From Nitrospirales bacterium (GTDB lineage: Bacteria > Nitrospirota > Nitrospiria > Nitrospirales > UBA8639): 64,000 nucleotides of DNA. Location: NCBI GenBank assembly GCA_965203295.1, contig CBDBCZ010000019.1, positions 1,856,001-1,920,000 on the forward strand, in the 5' to 3' direction. A program made the translations under genes and the position numbers. Positions within the stretch are counted from its first letter, which is position 1, and each line of letters begins with the position of its first letter. This document shows, one piece after another, positions 52,487 to 62,708 of the stretch. Under the pieces are notes generated by a model. It ran no database searches, was not told the origin of the DNA, and saw nothing but the letters and a program-made list of their open reading frames with translations.

Positions 52487-53404
52487 TTAGGGTTTTTGTA
52501 GCCTGAGGGATGGAATGATTTCAACACCCTCGCCCAACAATTCCAATCCAAAGTGAGGATTCTCCTGCATCTCATGTACACTTCGACGGCCTTTAGGGGC
52601 CTGATATTGAAAATTTTCGGAAATGGTCGTCTTTACCTTAACACGAACCTTTTTCTCTAAATAAGTTTTCATTCCCGGATGCCAAACCGCCAAGGTGTAT
52701 TCACCGTGAGGAATATCCTTTATTTCATATTTCCCGTCTTCTTTGGTAATCGCATAATAGGGACTTTTGACCACAACTCCCCAGGAAAACATGTAAGGAT
52801 GGAACCCACATTGCATGACAAAAATATTCCGCCCCTTGCTTAAATGCATTTTTTCAATCATGGGTTTTCCAGGCAGATGCTTGTGACTATTCATGAAGCC
52901 CATGACCTTATGAAATGAGTTCATAGGGAGGGGACGATTAAACAATACTCGAGCGCCTCTGACACGGGCGGTTTCATACCCCTGGATGTCATGCTCGACC
53001 GGATCCATATTGATGACCGTGATTTCATCTTGATCTCGAAGCACATTGATAAATGGCAAGAAATCACAGTCAATGGCATCAATTTTCACTTTTGGCAAGT
53101 TGAATGGCTTTCCCTTTCTTACCTTTTTGAGCATCACAACAGCATCTTTCAAACTTCCATCCGGAGCGATGATAAAGTCTTCAACAATCCTCCAGCCGGT
53201 CCCAGTAGAAATCCTCCCACAGTACACAGCGTCAGGGATAGTTACCAAGTTGAACGCCATAGGCCTGGGTTTCTGTCCAGAAATAGTGACCTTTCCACTA
53301 ACAGTTCCTCCATTGCTAACCGTGATTTCTTCATACGACCACACTGGATTGACCCATACCAAAAACCCAAAACAAATTCCCAAGGAAGCCATTCTCACTT
53401 TCAT
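52487..53404 (-). CDS. Exported carboxypeptidase-regulatory-like/cupredoxin-like protein
   Basis: CDFLP, NMDPVEHD, QCGFHPYM, DGKYEIKDIP, WHP; start at ATG 53404 after AAGGAG. Confidence 0.82.
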   Translation of the reverse strand: MKVRMASLGICFGFLVWVNPVWSYEEITVSNGGTVSGKVTISGQKPRPMAFNLVTIPDAVYCGRISTGTGWRIVEDFIIAPDGSLKDAVVMLKKVRKGKPFNLPKVKIDAIDCDFLPFINVLRDQDEITVINMDPVEHDIQGYETARVRGARVLFNRPLPMNSFHKVMGFMNSHKHLPGKPMIEKMHLSKGRNIFVMQCGFHPYMFSWGVVVKSPYYAITKEDGKYEIKDIPHGEYTLAVWHPGMKTYLEKKVRVKVKTTISENFQYQAPKGRRSVHEMQENPHFGLELLGEGVEIIPSLRLQKP

Positions 53405-53483
53405 GAACTTTCTCTCCTTAACACCGGTTCCAAAAACTATTCTGTACTCTCTCACAAAAACATCTCTGCTTGAATGCTATCGC

Positions 53484-53517
53484 AAAAAAAACTGGGAAGC
53501 CGAAGCACGGCTTCCCC
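53484..53517 (-). terminator. Intrinsic terminator after the multicopper oxidase
   Basis: GGGAAGCCG-aagca-CGGCTTCCC with T8 on the minus strand. Confidence 0.8.
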
Positions 53518-53550
53518 GCCTTGTTAAACCGGCACTGTCAAAACCAGGCC

Positions 53551-56500
53551 TTATTTAAACGCCACTGGCCTCGCTTGACCGTCCTCTGGCTGGGTTACCT
53601 TGGCTTCTTGAATACCAGGAGTGGCTCCGCCCAATGGGAGAATTTTTTGATCTCCTACTGGGAAAACCCTGAGGTACCCCCATTGTCCTGACTGCGAATA
53701 GGGGAGCCGGGCGTTGCCATACACATAATCCCCAGGAAGGGCATAAACCCCACCTGCGGAAGAGATAAATGCATCAATCCCTTCCGACCCCGCAAACTCG
53801 ACAACACTGATCATATCTGCACCTGGCAAGAACGGCTCGATTGGCCATTCGTGTTTTTCAAGTGTGAACATACCATTCTGTTCACTGCTGGCTCCAAATA
53901 CATGGATCCGTACCGAGTCACCGGCATGGGCCTCGATAATCGGAGTCGCAGGATCTTTGGGATCATCCACTTCGCAGGGTTCAAACATTCTTCCCAGCGA
54001 ACATCCCTGGTCTTCCCGGTACAAATAGGGCTCACTCCGGTAATTGATGCCTATCAAGCCAGCCACATTTTGTACATAGGGCATGAAACTGGTCCCGATG
54101 ATGTTGTCCTCATCTTGAAAGAAGAGGGCCACATCCCGGTAATTGGCTCGATGCTCGTTACCCTGAATCGTTCGGTCTACGATAACATCTGCCGTCCAGC
54201 TATTTTTCAAGGAGATGTCAGACCCCGTCTTGGGGTCACGATACTGAGATCCCTTGGGGCCAATAATAATGGCACCAAACAATCCATTCCGAGGGTTCAA
54301 CGCAACATTCCCCCAATCCCACACTAAGGACTGAGTCTCTCCAATGAAAGGATCAGCATAATATGTATAGGCTCGACTTCCTCCTGGAGCAATCGTTTGG
54401 TCCCTTGAATTGTTCCCCAAGTTCACTCCCTGGGAGTCTTTGGGATCAAACGCTAAACTGAAGGCAGAGAATGAAGCCCGACTTTCCTTCATTTTATTGG
54501 TGAGATTGACTTTAAGACAATCCCCAACATTGGCTCGTAAGGTAAGCGGCATGGGCTGATAATCCCCAGCCACTTTGCTAACTTCCTCTTCCAGGACATA
54601 GATCTTCGCATCGGGATTAGCCACTTCAATTTTTCTCTCAAAATCTACCTCAATGGCTTCCTCAACATTCGGATTAAATGACATCGAGGGGAAATCCATC
54701 GCGACAACGCTAAAGCTTTTTAGGGGCGCATCACTTGGACAGACCGGAAGCGGTTTTGGCATTCCCTCTCTTCCATAGGCTTTATTCGGTAAGGGCTGAA
54801 GATCAGGAACCTCCTTATCAAGAACCCTGATCAGACCCCATGATCCTTCGGAAAAGTGCGAACTTCTCCCATTATAATACATGTAATCCCCTGGCAGATG
54901 ACGAGGCCCTCCGGCCTCAGGAACAACCAAGTCATACCTCTCGGCAATCCCAATGTGAATGGAATTCTTGCGATTAGCTTCGTGAGCATATCGCTCGGTC
55001 CAGAACGTATGCCCGGAAACCGTAAACACGTTGCTTTCATTCATGGTGACATCAACAAGCCTGAACACAATGGCATCACCAAGATACGCACGTACGGTCA
55101 GAGTACTTGGATCCCCGTGCACCTTACTACTAAAGATTTGGGAGGCATCTGGATTGTTGGCCAAGCGTTGAGCAAAAGGCTCGGCCCTGAAATTAAACGC
55201 CCCACCCGTGGTATGCGTCCCCCCATTGAGGAATGGCATCGGGGTCATTTTGATTTTTTCGTTCGGTGGCATAATGAATGAAACGGTTCGCCCGGCTTCC
55301 AAAGCCACTTCAATCGGTTGACCTGGAGGATTTCCAGCTGTCACAACGTTCACCGTATGGGGAACAGTATCCATAATATGGACCATCAGTTCACGGAAAC
55401 TACCTGCCACATCATGACCTACCCGTTCGATTGTATGAATATCAGCCACCGGACCTGTTCGAGTCGGCTTCCCAGTCTTCGGGTCATGCCAAGTCGACCC
55501 AAACGGCTCAATTAAGAAGGTACAGACGGCACCATGAGGCCAAGTCGTTCCACCAAACGCGTGGTCATGGCAGAACACCGAGCCAACATCGGCATCCGCC
55601 CAGAACCGTTGACGAACAAATTCAACGGTGACAATATCTCCCACTGGATGATCATGCTCGAGGGATTTGGCAAAAGTAAGTGTCTGTCCCCCACCTCCTC
55701 CAGTACTTGTTCCTCCCGTTGATGGAAATGTTAAGGACTGTCCAACGAAAATAAGATTTTTATTCTCAAGCCCGTTTAACTCCGCTAAGGCATTAACCGT
55801 TGTCCCATGAGCACTGGCGATTTCCCCGAGTGTATCTCCGGGTTTAACCGAATAGTCACCTCCACCGGTAGAGGCAGATGCGCCACCTGAACCACCGACG
55901 GCCACAATCCGACGAATCTCATTACCTTTAACATTATCCGCACCGACCAAAATTAACGTGTCGACATGATATTGCTTCGCATTGGTCACATGAATCGTTC
56001 TTTGGCCTTTCTTCGCCGCCTGGGTGAATTTGGCGTTCATTGGGACGGGCAACCCCTTCTTCTTTTCTTTTTCGAACATGGTGAAGGGCCTCATCGATTG
56101 CTCGTAAGAAAAACCAGAGATCACGCCGTCTGATGCTTGATTGTCAAACTGGACAAAATGGAAATGGGTATTGATTTTGGAGGATTGGAAATTCGTCACA
56201 TCATCGTCCGGCCATTCACTGGTCAGGGTCCAATCCATGCAATCGTAAACGTTGGAACGGAAAACCAACGGATATTTCAAATCATTATTCGCCCGAATGG
56301 CTTCCTCCTCCTCATGAACCACATAGAGCAAACCATTGGGATCCACAATAGCCGGCTCATTCCCCTCGGCCGCTGATAATTCAATGGGCAGCTTAATAAA
56401 GTGGATGTTGTATTTCTGGCGCCCCGCTCGATCCGGACACAGGCTCCAACGCCCATTTTCTCCAGGTTCTGCGGGATCCACCGTCCGGTTGCCATCCTCA

Positions 56501-58680
56501 TCAACATGGATCATTTCAAGCCATGGGGCGGGATTATGATCTGGGGCAAAGGGAACTCGTTTCCCAAAGTGCGGTGTAATCCAAGGCCACGCAACCTTGC
56601 CGGTCACGGGTTCAAACCAGATCAAACGACGTTTCCCTGGAGTATACCCCTGCCATTCTGGATGGTATTTGGGATTTGGTCCGATTGTGGCTTCCTTTTC
56701 ACTCATGGCCCGGTTCCCATCCCAAATCCAGTCCATCACTGTGGCATCGTAGGATTTCAGCTGCCCTGTCTCATCATCCGTATGACCAGGCTTCCCCCTG
56801 GTGACGAGCTGCATTTCAACCCAATCCTTAATATTCACGACGGCAGGGTCGGATTTCCAATTACTCTTCCCATTTTCCACAATCTTAAATTTCTTGCCAA
56901 ACCAATTAACCGTTGTTCCCACTAATTGATCCGAACCTACTGGCTTCGTGATACGGTTTAAACGATCCGGTAATTCACGTAAGGGTGGCATGACGTCATT
57001 TTGAATTCCCGGGACCTGAAGTGTGTTGTACACCCTCCAATATCCCCACATTCCCGCCACATAGTGATGGGCCACATGGCAATGAAACAAAAAGTCCCCT
57101 GCCAACCATTGGCACAATCCTGATCCACACTCAGTTTCAAGATCGAGGGCTTCAGACGGACCAATGACTTCAACATCAACCCGATCGGATTTCGTCCGAA
57201 TCACAGGATACTTCATCGGCCCATTCTGGCCGGTGGTCCAGACTTGCATTTGTGTGGCCCGGGGGCTCCGCTGCCAACGAATGGAACCTCCATGAGGATG
57301 GTGGGAATGGAACACCTCCGATCCTCCATGCACGATCCTGAATTTTGCAGGATCCCCAAGGTAGCTCCTGGGAATGGTAGGGCCAGCATCACCAAACGTG
57401 TAAGAACTATAGGCCATCGATTCATCTTCAAAGCCAAAGTACTCATGCTGCACATGCATATTATTGATGCCGAACGGTTCACTCCGGTAGTTCAGCGCCC
57501 TGGCACCTGGCCGATAGGCATCTGTTAAAGGATCGCGTTGTGGAAGGAAGTCTCCATGTTTATTCACCGGGCGGAACGCTTCATCTCCCACCTCATGATA
57601 AATCAATACAAACTCACGAAAATCCGGTCCGGTCCCATTCTGAATCATCACTTGCCAACCACTTTTGGCCTTGGTGGCAGATCCGGTCCCTAAGGGCTCC
57701 CAATATTCGGACCCAGCAGGTTCTACGACAAATACGCCCATCATCCCCATAACGGTCAATTCGCGGTCATTGCTATAACTGTGGAACTGCCTGGCACCCT
57801 CTTGAGTGTCAGGGTGAATATACCATTCCATATCGATAACAGGTGACCCTTTAGTAGCAGCACCTTCCCCATCATCTTCCTCATCACTTTCCCCTGCAGC
57901 TACGGCATCGGGATTGGTGGTCGTCGCTGGCTGTCCTGTTTTACTCACCACCATATTGGAACCATTAATGTGAAGGCTGACATCCTCTCCAAATTCGAGC
58001 TTGTTCCGCAGGGTGATTTTGACGCAATCCCCCTGATTTCCACGAATCACAAGGGGCTGAATATATTGGTTTTGAATTCCATTGATCACTCCGCCTGGAT
58101 CATGATGCCCCTCACTCTCACGAGCTTTAGCATTTTTCGCTTCTTCTTCCCGCACCTTCTCAATATTTTCAGAGAGCACATACATGTACCCAGGATAATA
58201 GTCCAACCACTGATTCAGTGTAATCTCTGCATTGATAGCGGAAATATCATAATGCCTGACTGGTGCACCGGAAGGGCAAAGCCCACCCTTCATAGACACC
58301 GGCTCGACATTTCCATTAGACATGAGGAGGCCATTGGCAGGACCCCCGCCATACTGATGCATCATAGACATCGTATCGAAGGCTCCTGTTTTGTCCCCTT
58401 GATGGCCCATTTCTTTTTGCATCTGCTCCATCATCCGCTCATGCTGAAGCTCGACCATCGCGGCCCGCTCCGCTCGTCCTTCAATGGCATTCTCAGTAAT
58501 GGTTTGCCCTTTAAGCCGCTCAGCCCAATCCGGCGATTGGGTGGACATTGCAGTCTTGTGCACAACATCCGATGACGAGACGGATTCCGCTATTGCACTG
58601 CTGAAGGGCAATAGCAGCATCCCACTTACGACGGCGAAGAATATGGTTAATCCCATTATGGAAGGTTTGGAGTACAACAT
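53551..58680 (-). CDS. Large MnxG-like multicopper oxidase with an internal LysM domain
   Basis: Signal peptide; FHSHHPHG, FHCHVAHHYVAGM, NTHFHF and HDH copper motifs; LysM at 55723-55857; RBS AAGGAGG. Confidence 0.88.
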   Translation of the reverse strand: MLYSKPSIMGLTIFFAVVSGMLLLPFSSAIAESVSSSDVVHKTAMSTQSPDWAERLKGQTITENAIEGRAERAAMVELQHERMMEQMQKEMGHQGDKTGAFDTMSMMHQYGGGPANGLLMSNGNVEPVSMKGGLCPSGAPVRHYDISAINAEITLNQWLDYYPGYMYVLSENIEKVREEEAKNAKARESEGHHDPGGVINGIQNQYIQPLVIRGNQGDCVKITLRNKLEFGEDVSLHINGSNMVVSKTGQPATTTNPDAVAAGESDEEDDGEGAATKGSPVIDMEWYIHPDTQEGARQFHSYSNDRELTVMGMMGVFVVEPAGSEYWEPLGTGSATKAKSGWQVMIQNGTGPDFREFVLIYHEVGDEAFRPVNKHGDFLPQRDPLTDAYRPGARALNYRSEPFGINNMHVQHEYFGFEDESMAYSSYTFGDAGPTIPRSYLGDPAKFRIVHGGSEVFHSHHPHGGSIRWQRSPRATQMQVWTTGQNGPMKYPVIRTKSDRVDVEVIGPSEALDLETECGSGLCQWLAGDFLFHCHVAHHYVAGMWGYWRVYNTLQVPGIQNDVMPPLRELPDRLNRITKPVGSDQLVGTTVNWFGKKFKIVENGKSNWKSDPAVVNIKDWVEMQLVTRGKPGHTDDETGQLKSYDATVMDWIWDGNRAMSEKEATIGPNPKYHPEWQGYTPGKRRLIWFEPVTGKVAWPWITPHFGKRVPFAPDHNPAPWLEMIHVDEDGNRTVDPAEPGENGRWSLCPDRAGRQKYNIHFIKLPIELSAAEGNEPAIVDPNGLLYVVHEEEEAIRANNDLKYPLVFRSNVYDCMDWTLTSEWPDDDVTNFQSSKINTHFHFVQFDNQASDGVISGFSYEQSMRPFTMFEKEKKKGLPVPMNAKFTQAAKKGQRTIHVTNAKQYHVDTLILVGADNVKGNEIRRIVAVGGSGGASASTGGGDYSVKPGDTLGEIASAHGTTVNALAELNGLENKNLIFVGQSLTFPSTGGTSTGGGGGQTLTFAKSLEHDHPVGDIVTVEFVRQRFWADADVGSVFCHDHAFGGTTWPHGAVCTFLIEPFGSTWHDPKTGKPTRTGPVADIHTIERVGHDVAGSFRELMVHIMDTVPHTVNVVTAGNPPGQPIEVALEAGRTVSFIMPPNEKIKMTPMPFLNGGTHTTGGAFNFRAEPFAQRLANNPDASQIFSSKVHGDPSTLTVRAYLGDAIVFRLVDVTMNESNVFTVSGHTFWTERYAHEANRKNSIHIGIAERYDLVVPEAGGPRHLPGDYMYYNGRSSHFSEGSWGLIRVLDKEVPDLQPLPNKAYGREGMPKPLPVCPSDAPLKSFSVVAMDFPSMSFNPNVEEAIEVDFERKIEVANPDAKIYVLEEEVSKVAGDYQPMPLTLRANVGDCLKVNLTNKMKESRASFSAFSLAFDPKDSQGVNLGNNSRDQTIAPGGSRAYTYYADPFIGETQSLVWDWGNVALNPRNGLFGAIIIGPKGSQYRDPKTGSDISLKNSWTADVIVDRTIQGNEHRANYRDVALFFQDEDNIIGTSFMPYVQNVAGLIGINYRSEPYLYREDQGCSLGRMFEPCEVDDPKDPATPIIEAHAGDSVRIHVFGASSEQNGMFTLEKHEWPIEPFLPGADMISVVEFAGSEGIDAFISSAGGVYALPGDYVYGNARLPYSQSGQWGYLRVFPVGDQKILPLGGATPGIQEAKVTQPEDGQARPVAFK

Positions 58681-58944
58681 GGACCAGCCTCCTTGAAAAT
58701 AAAAGGAAATACGTCAGAATTTTGGCAGAGAAATTTTACGAGAGAATCTTTTTTTCAAGAATCACTCCACAAGAGGAAGCAACGTTACTCAAATGAAGAT
58801 ATTGATGTCAAGGCCAAGAGAGGCACCAGGAGTAGATCCATGCTTATCGCATCATTATGACTCATAACCTCTAAGCTATTGAATAAAGCCCTTAAATTTC
58901 GCCCATCTCGTAAAAACTTCCCTTTGTGATCCTGAATTGATCAT

Positions 58945-59784
58945 TCATGAAACAAGGGCCTTAAACTTTCTGGCAAGCCTTTGTGATACGGGACCCGGAT
59001 TGCCCGTTCCAATAAAACTTCCATTCAAACGGATAACTGAAAGGACCTCTATAGTCGTACCGACCAGAAGAAGCTCATCCACACTTTGTACCTCTTCAAT
59101 AGCGATGATCCGTTCTTCACAGGGTATCCCTTCGCTTTTAGCCAAATCGAGAACAATCTCTCGCGTGACGCCTGCTAGAATATGATCACTTAAAGGCGGT
59201 GTGAACAACTTTCCTTGATTGACAAGCATCACATTACTCGATGTTCCCTCTACAACCACCCCATCGCGAATAAAAATGGCTTCAAAGGCCCCAGCAGCCT
59301 TAGCTTGCTCTTTCGCCAAAACATTGGGAAGTAAATTGATGCTCTTCACAGAGCACCGTCCCCAGCGCAAATCAGGGACGGTGATGGCCGACACGCCTTT
59401 TGTTAATGTTTCCGTGTCAAGTCCATCAATTTGTCGTACCGTCATCAGAACAGTGGGGGTAAATGAGGAAGGAAAATTGTGTTCTCGAGGAGCAACCCCT
59501 CGAGTGATTTGAATATACACCTTGGATTCGGAGTACTGGCTCAGTCTTATGGCTTCACTCACCTTTTCCCGCCATTCAGCGAAATCCAATTTCACAGGCA
59601 ATTGAATAGCTTCCGCACTCTGAGCTAATCGATCCAAATGGGCGTCTAATCGAAAGGGACTTCCCCCATAGACCCTAACCACTTCATAGACCCCATCTCC
59701 AAACTGAAATCCCCGGTCTTCAACAGAAATCCGCACATCTTCCAATGGAAGAAATATACCATTTAAATATCCGATGTTAGGCAT
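58945..59784 (-). CDS. dat: D-amino-acid aminotransferase (PLP fold IV)
   Basis: EDRGFQFGDGVYEV, YIQITRG, RWGRCSVKSINLL, EGTSSN, ILAGVTR. Confidence 0.88.
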   Translation of the reverse strand: MPNIGYLNGIFLPLEDVRISVEDRGFQFGDGVYEVVRVYGGSPFRLDAHLDRLAQSAEAIQLPVKLDFAEWREKVSEAIRLSQYSESKVYIQITRGVAPREHNFPSSFTPTVLMTVRQIDGLDTETLTKGVSAITVPDLRWGRCSVKSINLLPNVLAKEQAKAAGAFEAIFIRDGVVVEGTSSNVMLVNQGKLFTPPLSDHILAGVTREIVLDLAKSEGIPCEERIIAIEEVQSVDELLLVGTTIEVLSVIRLNGSFIGTGNPGPVSQRLARKFKALVS

Positions 59785-59792
59785 GAGTCTCT

Positions 59793-60107
59793 TTAGGATT
59801 TCCCCCCGTTTTCTCGAACCTCAACCACAAACACTCGCCGATCTTCAGCCGTAAATTTCCAAGCCATTCGCTTTTGAAATTCCAAGCGGTGTGTTCCTAA
59901 AGTGAGCGCCTGGAACTCGAATGTTCGCCGACCGGAATCAACCGCATTGTTACTGGTCGTCCGTAAAAAATCATCATCAACCAAAACCATGGCCTTGGAG
60001 TCGTACGTCGGAACCCATTGTTCTCCACGGGTTCGGTCTTCCCAAAGGTGAATGGAAAATGGTTTTCCTTGTAGGACCTGAAGCGACTTCAGATTGAGCT
60101 CTTCCAT
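59793..60107 (-). CDS. Chagasin/I42 protease-inhibitor-like protein
   Basis: Small beta protein; EDRTRGEQW, GRRTFEFQA, RMAW. Confidence 0.65.
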   Translation of the reverse strand: MEELNLKSLQVLQGKPFSIHLWEDRTRGEQWVPTYDSKAMVLVDDDFLRTTSNNAVDSGRRTFEFQALTLGTHRLEFQKRMAWKFTAEDRRVFVVEVRENGGKS

Positions 60108-60141
60108 GCTATGATTTCCCCGATTCCTGAAAATATTTCAA

Positions 60142-60486
60142 TTAAAAAGGCCGGGATTTGGAATTTACATACACTTGCCCCTCTTCAACGTAGACTTCGT
60201 AGCTGCCTACGCAATATCCTCCCCCCTCGGTACCAAATCCGTTTCTCACATCAAATTGTAGATCGTGCCATGGACATGACACGACATGACCTTTGACCCG
60301 TCCTTTGGCCAGAGGTCCACCCTCATGGGGACAAATGTTATTGATCGCATAGAATCGACCGAAAATATTGAACAGGGCAATGGTTTTCCCCTCAACTTTG
60401 CAAACACGAGAACTTCCCGGAGAGACCTCATCAACATGGGCGACGAGGACAAATTCAGCTTTCTTCTGGGTTTTTTGATTCTGCAT
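60142..60486 (-). CDS. Rieske [2Fe-2S] ferredoxin
   Basis: CPHEGGPL...CPWH. Confidence 0.92.
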   Translation of the reverse strand: MQNQKTQKKAEFVLVAHVDEVSPGSSRVCKVEGKTIALFNIFGRFYAINNICPHEGGPLAKGRVKGHVVSCPWHDLQFDVRNGFGTEGGGYCVGSYEVYVEEGQVYVNSKSRPF

Positions 60487-60573
60487 CTGGCTTAAAACCT
60501 ATCGTATAGCAATTGAAAAAATATTCATCTTCTCTTCATGCACTCCAGCTCTTTGGTTTTCGGAAATTTTCTA

Positions 60574-61068
60574 CTACATTCGAAGTGTAAATTTCAGCTC
60601 ATTTCCTGAAACAACCCCTTCACGCTTGATAAACCCGCCGTTGGTTTCAATGAGATATCTCGCATTTTCTGGTGGAGGACCATACCATGGGCAGGGGTCT
60701 TTGGGGCAAGGTACCGCATCTTCTATTACATAGACGATTTGCTTGCTCTCATCCACCCAAATGAGATCGACGGGGAATCGAAACTCCTTTGTCCATACCT
60801 TATACGGAGCGGAAGTTTCAAAAATGAACAGGAGCCCCTCATTTTCAGGCAGGTATTCACGAAAGGCCAGGCCGAACAGAAGCTTTTCTGGTGTGTCCGC
60901 CACTTCAGCCTTCAACTTGGCTCCACTGGGAAAGGCGACCTCAATAATCTCAGTTTGATTAGGAGAATTAAAAAGCAAGGCTCCACTGATTAACAGAAGA
61001 GCCATAAGAATCAGGAAAATAATTCGCTTTTTATTCGGTGGTGATTTTGAATCTTTAGGAAATACCAT
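60574..61068 (-). CDS. DUF192-family protein
   Basis: EVADTPE...GLAFR, GLLFIF, FPVDLIWVD, YLIETNGG. Confidence 0.88.
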   Translation of the reverse strand: MVFPKDSKSPPNKKRIIFLILMALLLISGALLFNSPNQTEIIEVAFPSGAKLKAEVADTPEKLLFGLAFREYLPENEGLLFIFETSAPYKVWTKEFRFPVDLIWVDESKQIVYVIEDAVPCPKDPCPWYGPPPENARYLIETNGGFIKREGVVSGNELKFTLRM

Positions 61069-61450
61069 AGAACCCCTTCACACCACCTCAACAAGTGAAA
61101 CCGATTGTACGGGAGTCAATCCCATAAGAAATCTCAGCCAGAAAACCAGAAGTACGAATTCTTCATTCCTAACTTCATTTTAACTTGACGAAAAGGAATC
61201 CATAAGCTTGTCTGCTAATCTCGCATATCTGTCGGCGCTTCTTTTAAACGGGGAAGAGCATCAGAAAAAATGGCCTTGCCAAATATCGTTATATATTATG
61301 AAAAAACTAAACATTTTTCAGTTGACTGATGCTTGTGAATGTGAATAATTCATCGTATCATGATGGAGAAGCATTTGACACGATTCGATACCAACAGATA
61401 AGGATTAGAGAAAGGTTTTGTTGTCAACTACATGATAAGGAGGTCTTCCC

Positions 61451-61789
61451 GTGAAAACAAAATGGACCCACATCCACATCCTCCTCCTCACCATTGCATT
61501 CTCCGGACTTGATCTGGCACCAGCGAATCCTACATCTATTTCTTCGACAATTGACAGGTTTGTCGCGAATCTTTCCATGAAAGCGAATCATTATTATTGG
61601 ATCATCAACGATACCACCACTCCAACCAAGAACGAATTAATCATAGATATTAATACGGTTATCACCAAAAAAGCGGGAGATCAACCGGATGAAAGCCGTT
61701 TCTTGCTTCTTCTAGTTAATGGAGAATTGTTTGGTGCTCAGAAGATTCCGCTTGGGGCGCATGTCGATTGTGGGGATGAAGTCGTATAG
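61451..61789 (+). CDS. Small exported hypothetical protein
   Basis: GTG start with AAGGAGG RBS, signal-like N-terminus, terminator downstream. Confidence 0.7.
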   Translation: MKTKWTHIHILLLTIAFSGLDLAPANPTSISSTIDRFVANLSMKANHYYWIINDTTTPTKNELIIDINTVITKKAGDQPDESRFLLLLVNGELFGAQKIPLGAHVDCGDEVV

Positions 61790-61815
61790 AAAACTTTCAT
61801 TGTTGACTGTTGGAT

Positions 61816-61862
61816 AAAAAAAGCCCTGTTTCCATAGCCATGGAAACAGGGCTTTCTCTTTT
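61816..61862. terminator. Bidirectional intrinsic terminator
   Basis: AAAGCCCTGTTTCCAT-agcc-ATGGAAACAGGGCTTT between convergent genes. Confidence 0.88.
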
Positions 61863-61893
61863 GGGGTTACCCCCAATGCCTGATTGCACCAAC

Positions 61894-62388
61894 TTACTTC
61901 AGAATCAACAGGTGACCACCCAAATGGGCTCCATGAAGTTGGCACTTATATTTCATGTTACTGGCGACGGTCACATACGTTAAGTCACTCAACGGAATAC
62001 CGATGTATTTGGTTTCTCCTGGTTTTAACGTAATTTTGATATTCATAGATGTCGGGCCAGCAAATGCAGAATCTGCTGAAAGGTTAAATCCATGCTCGCC
62101 ATCCAAGTTATTGGTGACTTTCAATAAAACTGGACGCCCAGCCCGGGCACCTGTTCCCTGGTTGGTGAGATCCAGAATCTGCGTGGGAGGATACCAGGTT
62201 TTCTTTCCTCCAACCATAAGGGCGTTGAACTCAAGGTCAACATCCAATTTGCTGAATGGTTGACCAACAACTGACCCTGATTCAAGACTCCCAATTTCAA
62301 CACCCCCCGACTGAAGGGCAAAGGCCATGGATGACCCCGCTGCAATTAGGAAAAGACTTAAAAGGACAGATAGAAGCACCTTGTGCAT
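61894..62388 (-). CDS. Exported nitrosocyanin-like cupredoxin
   Basis: Signal peptide, VTNNLDGEHGF, LKPGETK, CQLHGAH; RBS GGAGG. Confidence 0.78.
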   Translation of the reverse strand: MHKVLLSVLLSLFLIAAGSSMAFALQSGGVEIGSLESGSVVGQPFSKLDVDLEFNALMVGGKKTWYPPTQILDLTNQGTGARAGRPVLLKVTNNLDGEHGFNLSADSAFAGPTSMNIKITLKPGETKYIGIPLSDLTYVTVASNMKYKCQLHGAHLGGHLLILK

Positions 62389-62708
62389 TGCCTACCTCCT
62401 CATAAAAAAGACGTTAGTAATAAAAAGTGCCAATCGCCACTCGAAACTTAGTACTTTATTGGTTCAATGCCTAACTTGAGCTTCGCCCCTTATAGCATAA
62501 GCCATTCTAGGACGCAAGGTGGTCTGCTCAAGGAATGGAGAAGCCCATATCCGTGAAAAAAATGAACAATAGACAAAGATTATTCCCAATAATCTGAGAA
62601 TACCCCCTCTTTTTTCAGTTGCACCAAGCTCCCTGGCTTTATTAGAATTCATCTTGAATGTACTTGACGATTAAAGTCCCAGAAACTGATTCTTACCCAC
62701 CATTCCCT

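Noticed and set aside
58802..58811. TTGATGTCAA palindrome upstream of the multicopper oxidase as an FNR box
   Set aside because: The spacing does not fit TTGAT-N4-ATCAA; more simply a -35 TTGACA on the minus strand.
62416..62433. Possible sigma54 promoter (TGGCAC...) upstream of the cupredoxin gene
   Set aside because: No GC dinucleotide at the required -12 position. A similar TGGCAC near 14882-14887 also fails.
62464..62652. 62-aa ORF in the divergent intergenic region
   Set aside because: No RBS or motif; probably promoter DNA. 49053-49247 was rejected likewise.
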